Below are positions 19,233 to 26,426 of a stretch of DNA of 32,369 nucleotides, one piece after another. A model generated the notes under the pieces. The model had not been told where the DNA came from. It saw nothing but the letters and a program-made list of their open reading frames with translations, and did not search any database. Made by a program: the position numbers and the translations under genes. Each line of letters opens with the position of its first letter. Within the stretch, counting starts at the first letter, position 1. Source of the DNA: an uncultured Pirellulales bacterium (GTDB lineage: Bacteria > Planctomycetota > Phycisphaerae > Sedimentisphaerales > Anaerobacaceae). Location of the stretch: assembly GCA_964518825.1 (NCBI GenBank), contig CAZFHM010000001.1, forward strand, positions 8,827 to 41,195, read 5' to 3'.

Positions 19233-21086
19233 ATGTCATACCTGTTAATTAATAAAACAAATATTACCCCTGCTAAAAGGTTACCAAATTCAGATAAGAA
19301 AATACTGTTTTTTGTGGTTTTCCTCCTCTTTTTTAATTCTTCATCTTTATCAGCACAAACGTTTTTATTAGACGATTTCGAAGATGGAGACCTTGTGGCT
19401 GAGAACTACTGCTACTGGGGAGCAAATGCATGGGCTCAAGCTGTCAACGGCGAAGTACTGAACCTTGAAAACGCCGATGACGGGACCGGCAACCGGGCAG
19501 CACACGCTACAATTCAAACAGGAACCGGCACCTGGGCAAACGCAGATATTGTTTTAACACTTGACTGGGATATGGGAAACGCCGCCTACAAAACTTATGT
19601 CGACTACGGATACGATTTACGAGCCTTTAAACAGATCCGTTTCAGAGCAAAGGCGTCTCCCGGAGTTTACGGCAGATTCAATCAAATATCTGGTATCATA
19701 CCAAATTACCAATACTATTATAAATCACTGACTCTATCTGACAGTTGGACACAATTTGTTATTGATTTCTCGCAACTGATAAGCGACCAAAATACAGTTA
19801 CTCTTCAGGAATCGCTGCAGCACACATATGAACTTAATTTTGTCACGTACCCCGGCCCTAATTCCACCGTCGATATATGGATTGATGACCTTGAGCTCGT
19901 TACAGATCCGAATTACGTACCTCCTGATGTCATCGACATACCATCAGGATTAAAAGAAGCCGCAGAATCCAAGGGACTCAACATTGGTTTTCTCCTGCAG
20001 GCATGGACAATGTCTAACGAATCCCTCAAGGCTTTTGCAGATAATAACGCTCAATTTATCATGAGCGGATGGCAAACATGCCAGGCCGTAATCCAGAGAT
20101 TTCCACATTATTGGGATTATGCTCAGCCGGATTCCGTAATTAAATGGGCCTATGACAATAACAAAAAGGTTAAACTTCAGCATCTCGTATGGCATGGTTC
20201 AACTCCTGACTGGATTGTCAACGCCGGATACACACCTGCCGAAGTAAATGATATTATGAAACAATTTATTCAACAAAGCATCGAACACTATAATACAAAT
20301 TATCCCAATACCGTCACTCATTATTCGGTTGTTAATGAAGCAATTTCAGACTCCGAAGGTTCTTACAGACCAACTTTCTGGTATAACACGCTGGGGCCTG
20401 AATTCATCGCTAATGCGTTCAGATTTGCTCACGAGGCCGACCCCAATGCCAAATTATACTATAACGATTACGGAATAGACGGCATCAATACAAAATCAAA
20501 TGCGGTTTACAATCTGGTCAGCGACCTTCTGGATGACGGAGTTCCCATCCATGGAATCGGTTTGCAAATGCATATTTTTAATTTAGGCTCGTATCCGGGC
20601 AAACAATCAATATTGAACAATATGAACAGATTCGGCCAATTGGGGCTTGAGGTGTATATAACTGAGGCTGACGTCGTTATCAACGCCGACCAGACCGGTC
20701 TTACTGATGAAAAACTCAGCGAACAGGCAACAATATACCGGGAAATTTTAGAAGCTTGTCTTGAATCCCCATATTGCAGTGACTTTGCGCTTTGGGGAAT
20801 TACCGACAGATATTCCTGGATTGTAAATCACACAGGTCACGACGATTGGCCGCTATTTCTCGACGAAAATTATCAGCCTAAACCTGCGTGGTGTGCAGTA
20901 ATGGAAGAGCTCGTCGGAGCGGGTGATCTCAACGCTGATTGTCAGGTCAATATACTTGATGTAGCCATACTCTCATCTCAGTGGCTTGATATAGGGGACT
21001 GCTCAGCCAATGGCGATTGCGCGGACCTGAATGCCGACAATCAAATTAACTTTCACGATTTTTCTGTAATTGGGCAGAATTACTAA
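19233..21086 (+). CDS. Secreted GH10 endo-1,4-beta-xylanase with N-terminal CBM-like beta-sandwich and C-terminal dockerin-like module
   Basis: Signal peptide (KKILFFVVFLLFFNSSSLSAQ). N-terminal domain starting 'LLDDFEDGD...W' (CBM11/CIA30-like, about 19350..19900). GH10 motifs 'WHGSTPDW', 'VVNEA' (acid/base Glu codon 20337..20339), 'YYNDYG', 'GLQMH' and 'ITEADV' (nucleophile Glu codon 20664..20666). C-terminal 'GDLNADCQVNILDVAILSSQWL...GDCADLNADNQINFHDFSVIGQNY' (20922..21083). Confidence 0.9.
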   Translation: MSYLLINKTNITPAKRLPNSDKKILFFVVFLLFFNSSSLSAQTFLLDDFEDGDLVAENYCYWGANAWAQAVNGEVLNLENADDGTGNRAAHATIQTGTGTWANADIVLTLDWDMGNAAYKTYVDYGYDLRAFKQIRFRAKASPGVYGRFNQISGIIPNYQYYYKSLTLSDSWTQFVIDFSQLISDQNTVTLQESLQHTYELNFVTYPGPNSTVDIWIDDLELVTDPNYVPPDVIDIPSGLKEAAESKGLNIGFLLQAWTMSNESLKAFADNNAQFIMSGWQTCQAVIQRFPHYWDYAQPDSVIKWAYDNNKKVKLQHLVWHGSTPDWIVNAGYTPAEVNDIMKQFIQQSIEHYNTNYPNTVTHYSVVNEAISDSEGSYRPTFWYNTLGPEFIANAFRFAHEADPNAKLYYNDYGIDGINTKSNAVYNLVSDLLDDGVPIHGIGLQMHIFNLGSYPGKQSILNNMNRFGQLGLEVYITEADVVINADQTGLTDEKLSEQATIYREILEACLESPYCSDFALWGITDRYSWIVNHTGHDDWPLFLDENYQPKPAWCAVMEELVGAGDLNADCQVNILDVAILSSQWLDIGDCSANGDCADLNADNQINFHDFSVIGQNY

Positions 21087-21137
21087 CAAAGACTCTATTT
21101 AGTATAATTTAGAAACACCGTATTTTTGCTGTTATGA

Positions 21138-21172
21138 CCCCATAAACCTAAATCTTATGGGGCCATATTTTT
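21138..21172 (+). terminator. Rho-independent terminator after the xylanase gene
   Basis: CCCCATAA-acctaaatc-TTATGGGG is a perfect 8-bp stem, extendable to ATGaCCCCATAA/TTATGGGGcCAT. It is followed by 'ccatattttt', 52 nt past the stop. Confidence 0.7.
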
Positions 21173-21235
21173 AAGAAAACCTCCCGCACAAGCCGAAAAT
21201 ACCTATGTACAAAGGAAAATTGTGACAGGGCCCGA

Positions 21236-21937
21236 ATGGATACACGTATCGCCGCCACGCAGAAACATAGCGATGGAGCGTCACGCCTCAGCAGGCGTCT
21301 AATTGAGCTGGGCGAATTCGCGAAGCGCGAAGGCATTACACCTCAGGACGTCAGGAAATGCGCCGAGATAGGAATCCTCCAGTTACGCAGCCACAAAGGA
21401 AAGACCTTTGTCGTCGATATGCCTGTCTGCTCCCTTGAGAACACCGACCAAATCGACACCGAGGTTGCAGAGATGCTCGGCCTTACCCGCCATCCCAATC
21501 AAATCACCCCACAACAACAAACTCCTACACCTGCCGCTGCAATCAGCGATACAAAACGGATTTCAAAAACCTTTAGGCCCGTTAAGAATCTTGCCGCAAA
21601 AATCCTTCAGAATGCCCAACAGGCCTTAAGCAAAGCACAGAATCAGACAAAACCTTCCTGCCAAAGCCCAACGCAGGACAAATCAAGGTCAACTAAACCA
21701 GGCACACGCTTCGAGCCTGGTTCGATATCACAGCTTGTACAGGAAATGCTGCGAAGGGCTGAGCAAATAGAGCAGGAACAAAAGGCTGCACAGAAACAAC
21801 CAGACATCTCTATAACAGAAGTCCCGCAAACATCTCAGGGCAAAAGCAATCCGATGACAGAGGAATTACTGTCGATTATAAACCGGCAGCTCGACCAGGT
21901 CGAACAAAAGACAAAGGGGGATAAGAGAACCGCCTGA
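21236..21937 (+). CDS. Hypothetical protein with an N-terminal HTH-like segment and a Q/P/T/K-rich low-complexity tail
   Basis: 'LIELGEFAKREGITPQDVRKCAEIGILQLRSHKGKTFV' resembles excisionase/MerR-type HTH_17. The remaining 170 aa or so are compositionally biased and probably disordered. No clear RBS, so the start is uncertain. Confidence 0.45.
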   Translation: MDTRIAATQKHSDGASRLSRRLIELGEFAKREGITPQDVRKCAEIGILQLRSHKGKTFVVDMPVCSLENTDQIDTEVAEMLGLTRHPNQITPQQQTPTPAAAISDTKRISKTFRPVKNLAAKILQNAQQALSKAQNQTKPSCQSPTQDKSRSTKPGTRFEPGSISQLVQEMLRRAEQIEQEQKAAQKQPDISITEVPQTSQGKSNPMTEELLSIINRQLDQVEQKTKGDKRTA

Positions 21938-21957
21938 TTGACCTGTGAACCTGTAAC

Positions 21958-22569
21958 CTATGCACCTGCGAACTTATTCAACACCTTCCACCCCGCAGGA
22001 AGCAGTATCGCCGACAAAATTGTCTTGGCCACGTCACCGGCAATAAACGGATAAACCCCAACCTTGAAAAGGTCACTCATAGCGACCGGCATCTTGCCTG
22101 CAATTACCAGGACCGCCAGCCATGCTGTACCGAACGAATAAATACAGATATTCCCCACAAGCATCGCAATAATGGTCGTCCATACCTTACGGTCCCATCC
22201 GTGTTCTGCCAGGTATCCCACAAGAACAGCCGCCGCGATAAAACCGACCAGATAACCACCGGTCGGCCCCAGCAGCCAGATAGTTCCGCCAATACCGCCG
22301 GCACCCACAGGTAGTCCCGCCGCTCCTTCAACCACATACGCCAAAACACACAATCCGCCCCTTCTCGCGCCGAATAGTGCCCCTATCATCAGGACCGCGA
22401 AGGTCTGGCCCGTCACCGGCACCGGACTAAACGGCATCCAAACAGCCAATTGAGCTGATATTGCAATCAGAATCGACCCGGCTGCTATCAAGGCAAAATC
22501 ATAAAGAAGAGCCGATTTTGCAGCATTAGGCCGAAATACCCCGGCAACCGTTAAACTCCCTGAAACCAT
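21958..22569 (-). CDS. bioY: Biotin transporter BioY (ECF S-component type)
   Basis: 'AQLAVWMPFSPVPVTGQTFAVLMIGALFG.RRG' followed by about 6 TM helices. Start placed at ATG 22569, preceded by GGGGAAGG and a 5-nt spacer. The ORF-track GTG at 22590 is less likely. Confidence 0.85.
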   Translation of the reverse strand: MVSGSLTVAGVFRPNAAKSALLYDFALIAAGSILIAISAQLAVWMPFSPVPVTGQTFAVLMIGALFGARRGGLCVLAYVVEGAAGLPVGAGGIGGTIWLLGPTGGYLVGFIAAAVLVGYLAEHGWDRKVWTTIIAMLVGNICIYSFGTAWLAVLVIAGKMPVAMSDLFKVGVYPFIAGDVAKTILSAILLPAGWKVLNKFAGA

Positions 22570-22688
22570 ATTTACCTTCCCCAAAAACACATCTCAACGA
22601 CAAAGAGCTGAAAGATTATAGCCGAATCCCTCCGCCAGTCAAACCTTCATCTATCTCCCCCAGACCGGTTAACCCCGGCACCTGCCTG

Positions 22689-22738
22689 CCCCTGCAAGCC
22701 TGCCCTCGAACGTCTCAGTCGAGGGTCGTAAGCAGGGG
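22689..22738. repeat. REP-like nested hairpin, copy A of a short intergenic repeat family
   Basis: CCCCTGC-aagcctg-CCCTCGA-acgtctcag-TCGAGGG-tcgtaa-GCAGGGG. The core 'cctgccctcgaacgtctcagtcgaggg' (22699..22725) recurs in variant form at 22987, 23023 and 25523. Confidence 0.7.
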
Positions 22739-22834
22739 GTCGCCGGGCGTTGCGCCTATCCACCATCGACTATCCACTAACGACTAATTTCCCCGCGACC
22801 GCGGGAATCCAGTTTATTGCGTGGATTAGTTATT

Positions 22835-22869
22835 AATCGAAAATCGTCAATCTTAAATCGTAAATGCCG
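22835..22869. repeat. Heptanucleotide tandem repeat (AATCGNN, about 5 units)
   Basis: aatcgaa aatcgtc aatctta aatcgta aatgccg. Directly upstream is the inverted repeat AATCCA-N10-TGGATT (22806..22827). Confidence 0.6.
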
Positions 22870-22986
22870 CCCTTGGCGGCCTCCCACCGCTGGGAAAAAT
22901 CCTTGTATTTTCGTCCTCAAATTCATCTGCATTTATCTTACAAATTGGGCAGACAATGCGGTATAGTTAAAGTGCATCCGAATTCG

Positions 22987-23074
22987 CCTGCCCTGCTTGT
23001 CCTCGAATGTCTTAGTCGGGGGCCTGCCCTCGAATGGCATTATCGGGGGAGCGAAGTCGAAGGGCCTGCCCTTC
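22987..23074. repeat. Cluster of three REP-like units (copies B1-B3) upstream of the muramidase gene
   Basis: B1 22987..23022 'cctgccctgcttgtcctcgaatgtcttagtcggggg'. B2 23023..23049 'cctgccctcgaatggcattatcggggg'. B3 23059..23074 'GAAGGGcctgCCCTTC'. Each contains the 'cctgccct' word and a C-rich/G-rich stem. The ORFs 22864..23190(+) and 22933..23358(-) are read-throughs of these repeats. Confidence 0.7.
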
Positions 23075-23131
23075 GTAGCGAAGTGAAGAAGGGTCGTTTT
23101 TCGGATGATATTGAGGATGGAGGAAAGCCAA

Positions 23132-25510
23132 ATGGGCATTTTAACTCGCCAATGGGAGCAAAGAGTCTGTTTACCAGTAGTTTTAATTAGCATATTGATT
23201 GTTTTGACGGCAACGCCAGTTCTGGCCGATCTTGGTTTACAGGGGGTCTTGGACAGCATTACTCTGGCGCCAAATCCGGGCCAAAGTAGTGTGAATGTGG
23301 CAACAGATAAAATCTCTGATGGGCTGGATTCATACTGGGCCATTACAGGGTCAGGCATGTGCGTTTCAACTATTATTATGGAGCTGGGGGCCTTTGCACC
23401 AGATAATGCATTTGGAGTGTATGATATGGCAAATCCAGCGAATAAGGTCCAAATCTTTTCAGGAGCTGCCGCTGCAGGTGCGCAAGCTACGATTTCTATT
23501 CGCGTGGATGGAAGAATCTTTTTGAACCATGCGGATACCGGTGTAGATTTTGCCGGTAATGCGTTTGGATATTATTTGGATACACCGAACGGATTGTTTT
23601 ATGGCGACTCAAGTTTAAATGGCGATTCCTTTGACCATATGCTAGCTGTTCAGGGTACAAATACGGATACCGTACAAATATTACCGTATGGCGCTGGCTT
23701 ATGGAGTAGTTATGAGTATATATTGGGCTGGGAGGATATTTTGGGCGTCGGTGATTTGGATTACGACGACTTTGTAGTCATGGTCGAATCCGTGCCGCAG
23801 GACACAACGCCTCCTTCCGCGCCGACAGGATTAGCGGCAACGGCCAGTAACGGCTCGGTCAGTCTCGACTGGGACGACAACGACGAAGTTGATCTGGACG
23901 GCTACAATTTATACCGTTCCGAAACCAGCGGCAGCGGCTACGGCAAGCTCAACGGCCCACTTCTGATTGATTCAAATTACGTCGACAACACTGTTACAAA
24001 CGGGACTACTTATTACTATGTTGTAACTGCAGTTGATGTTTACGGCAATGAATCCGATTATTCGGCTACGCCAACCGATGCAACACCGCTGCCCCTAAAA
24101 GGGATTGATGTCTCTCATAGGCAAAATGAAGAAACTATTCGTCAAACAGGTCATGATATCAATTGGAATGATGTTTACAACGCAGGTTATAGATTTGCAT
24201 TTGTAAAGGCAACTGAAGGTGAAGGCTTGACAACAGGTGATCCAAACGCGTGGGATGATTACTTCGAGGCGAATATGAGAAACGCACGAAGCGCCGGGCT
24301 ATTAGTCGGGGCATATCACTTTGGGCTGCCTCAGTTCAACGACCCCTATACAGAGGCGGAATGGTTTCTTAAAGTTGCATCGCCATATTTGAAAAACGGG
24401 TATCTCAGACCTATGTTTGATTTGGAGGACCACGAACCCACGGGTACTTCGCCAAGCACGCGAAATAATCTCACAAAATGGATACTTGAGTGGATGTTTA
24501 TCGTGGAGAAGAACACTGGCGCAAAACCGATACTATATACCAACCGAGGTTACACCAAATATTTAGATTCTAACATTGAATATATGGGTAACAAAATAAA
24601 GGATTATCCCCTTTGGATTGCTCATCCAACGTGTGATCAAACTGGACAACCAGAAATTTGGGGCAATTGGGATAATTGGGTTTTCTGGCAATATTGGGAC
24701 CCTGAGGAATGTGGAGTTCAATCCGTATCAGGTATAAGTGGAGGCGTGGACATCGATGTATTTAACAATGATGAAGCAACGCTGAACACTTATATTTTAC
24801 CTGCAAATAAGCCAATTCCAATATTTTTTTACCTTTGCAGTCCTGCCGATGTAGTTGTCACAGACCCTGACGGTCTTGTTATTAGCAAGAATCTGAATTT
24901 GATCCCGGGGGCAAGTTATGAAGAAATAGACATTGATTGGGACGGCGATTTAGAAGACCAAGTTAGTATCCCTCACCGAAAAGTAGGCGAATATCTCATA
25001 CAAGTGATATCTGAGCCAAATGCGGCTCCTGACGACAGTTATACCTTGAAAGCAACGAGTAACGGCCAAACTATTGTTCTGGCAAAAGATGTCCAGATTC
25101 AAGATATTCCAGTAGAACCATACGTCTTTGAGTCGAAGTTAAATCGTTCGGATTTTGATACCGATGGCGACGTGGACTTTGGAGACTATGCGTTACTTGC
25201 TTTGTGCGCCAGTAGGAAAGATTGCAACTACCCAGGCTGGTGCAATGGGACAGACCTAAACTACGATGGTTCCGTTGAATTGCCTGATTTGGCTTTATTT
25301 GTACGAGATTGGCTTTGGGAAAAAATAGCATCTGACATTGATATGAGTGGTGATGTCGACCTCGCCGATTTCGCTGTATTCGCCAACCACTGGATGGAAC
25401 AAAATTGTGTTGAACCAAACTGGTGCTCCGGCGCCGACCTTGATAAGAGCGGTTCTGTCGCCTTGTACGATTTAGGTAAATTTGCCGAATACTGGCTCGC
25501 CGGCCTTTGA
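23132..25510 (+). CDS. Secreted multidomain GH25 muramidase: DUF4114-like N-domain, FN3, GH25 lysozyme, beta-sandwich, two dockerin-like modules
   Basis: Start placed at ATG 23132 (GGAGGA at 23119..23124, 7-nt spacer), giving the signal peptide 'MGILTRQWEQRVCLPVVLISILIVLTATPVLA'. DUF4114-type ending 'WEDILGVGDLDYDDFVVMVESV' (to about 23795). FN3 'PPSAPTGLAATASNGSVSLDWDDN...GYNLYRS...TTYYYVVTAVDVYGNES' (about 23810..24075). GH25 'KGIDVSHRQ...INWNDV...GYRFAFVKATEG...VGAYHFG...MFDLED' (24098..24767, DxE at 24419..24427). Unassigned beta-sandwich (about 24810..25130). Two dockerin-like modules (25148..25507). Confidence 0.85.
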   Translation: MGILTRQWEQRVCLPVVLISILIVLTATPVLADLGLQGVLDSITLAPNPGQSSVNVATDKISDGLDSYWAITGSGMCVSTIIMELGAFAPDNAFGVYDMANPANKVQIFSGAAAAGAQATISIRVDGRIFLNHADTGVDFAGNAFGYYLDTPNGLFYGDSSLNGDSFDHMLAVQGTNTDTVQILPYGAGLWSSYEYILGWEDILGVGDLDYDDFVVMVESVPQDTTPPSAPTGLAATASNGSVSLDWDDNDEVDLDGYNLYRSETSGSGYGKLNGPLLIDSNYVDNTVTNGTTYYYVVTAVDVYGNESDYSATPTDATPLPLKGIDVSHRQNEETIRQTGHDINWNDVYNAGYRFAFVKATEGEGLTTGDPNAWDDYFEANMRNARSAGLLVGAYHFGLPQFNDPYTEAEWFLKVASPYLKNGYLRPMFDLEDHEPTGTSPSTRNNLTKWILEWMFIVEKNTGAKPILYTNRGYTKYLDSNIEYMGNKIKDYPLWIAHPTCDQTGQPEIWGNWDNWVFWQYWDPEECGVQSVSGISGGVDIDVFNNDEATLNTYILPANKPIPIFFYLCSPADVVVTDPDGLVISKNLNLIPGASYEEIDIDWDGDLEDQVSIPHRKVGEYLIQVISEPNAAPDDSYTLKATSNGQTIVLAKDVQIQDIPVEPYVFESKLNRSDFDTDGDVDFGDYALLALCASRKDCNYPGWCNGTDLNYDGSVELPDLALFVRDWLWEKIASDIDMSGDVDLADFAVFANHWMEQNCVEPNWCSGADLDKSGSVALYDLGKFAEYWLAGL

Positions 25511-25522
25511 TTTGTATCTTTT

Positions 25523-25555
25523 GTGCCTTCCCGTCCTCGCATGTCTTGAGCGGGG
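25523..25555. repeat. REP-like unit (copy C) immediately downstream of the muramidase gene
   Basis: 'gtgccttcccgtcctcgcatgtcttgagcgggg' aligns with copy B1 ('ctgccctgcttgtcctcgaatgtcttagtcggggg') in the same orientation. It starts 13 nt past the stop at 25510. Confidence 0.6.
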
Positions 25556-25660
25556 ATTTGTGGCTAATCTCAAAAAATCCGCGTAATTCTATCAATCACC
25601 GTAATCAGCGATAAAATTTTTCCAAAATCCACTTGACAAAATCACCCCCATTTTTGAGCC

Positions 25661-25758
25661 AAAAACGCAGGTGTTCAAAAACGTTAAAAAACCGCAAAAA
25701 ACCGTTAAAAAGCGCTCAAAACCTCCTAATATCCGTTCAAAACCACCCCAAAATCAAA
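25661..25758. other. Array of helically phased A-tracts (predicted intrinsically bent DNA)
   Basis: A4-A6 runs start at 25661, 25677, 25686, 25696, 25707, 25718, 25739 and 25750. The spacings are 16, 9, 10, 11, 11, 21 and 11 nt, which is about 10.5-nt phasing. The array contains the reiterated word CGTTAAAAA(A)CCG. Its coding potential is poor. Confidence 0.6.
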
Positions 25759-26426
25759 TCCTACTTTTCCCCCTACTTCACTATGATTGAAAATCATAAC
25801 TCATTTATCAATAATAACTTACGCCGCTCGCGCGCAAAAGTGGAGGACACCGGATTGTCCACTAATTTCCCCGCAAATCCTCATTGTTACACCAAAAACC
25901 CCGATTTTGTCCTCGCGCCGCAAATTTTTCCATTCGGCGCGCGCGACCGGATTCAGGTTTTGAACGAAAAACGAGGCTTTGTACCTTTGCACACAAACTC
26001 ACCCGACGGCTGATTTTCAAGAATTTTTGAAAAATCTTTCCGCCTCGTCCCATATTATCCCGGGTAAAAAATTGTCCCTTCGGTTACGAAAAAAAGTCTT
26101 TGAAAAGGCGAAATCTGTTCGGTTTTTGTTTGGGTATTTTGACCGCTCTGTCCGATAGAAATATTTACCACGCGAATGAGTTACTCAGGACAAACAGACT
26201 ATGAGAGATAATGTAAATATCCACAGAATCGACCCGGTATGCAGGTTCGGTCCCGGCGGAGACTTTGTACGGCCATGGCCCTGCAATCCCAAAGATTACC
26301 TGCAACAGTCGCAAAGTCCTCTGACCAGGCTGCTCTGTTCGATTGCCAAAATGGCCGGCACGATGCAGCCCAACGGCATCCAGGCCGAATCCGACCGGAA
26401 TAATTATCCGATGGGGAAGGATGAAA

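Noticed and set aside
21938-21995. Reiterated ACCTG words (gACCTGtgaACCTGtaACCTatgcACCTGcg) between the convergent hypothetical gene and bioY.
   Set aside because: The run is very short and partly inside the bioY 3' end. It forms no hairpin and has no other copies, so it is probably coincidental.
22864-23358. ORFs 22864..23190(+) and 22933..23358(-) in the bioY-muramidase intergenic region.
   Set aside because: Their sequences are translations of the REP-like repeat units (for example 'PALLVLECLSRGPALEWHYRG'). They overlap each other and the muramidase start, and they have no RBS. I treat them as repeat-derived artefacts.
25633-26013. 126-aa ORF starting at a TTG in the lexA upstream tract.
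   Set aside because: It starts inside the A-tract array. Its composition is lysine/asparagine-rich, driven by poly-A DNA. It has no RBS and no recognisable domain.
26117-26131. GTTC-N7-GTTT as an alphaproteobacterial-type LexA box.
   Set aside because: It has one mismatch, lies about 300 nt upstream of lexA, and the rest of the gene content does not suggest an alphaproteobacterium. I mention it only as a weak candidate in the lexA finding.
22756-26225. DnaA-box-like words: CTATCCAC at 22756 and 22770, TTAGCCACA (reverse strand) at 25560..25568, and ATATCCACA at 26217..26225. These raised the question of a replication origin.
   Set aside because: They are isolated 7-8/9 matches scattered over 3.5 kb. 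There is no cluster of consensus boxes, no adjacent AT-rich unwinding 13-mers and no dnaA/dnaN nearby. This is compatible with chance occurrence.
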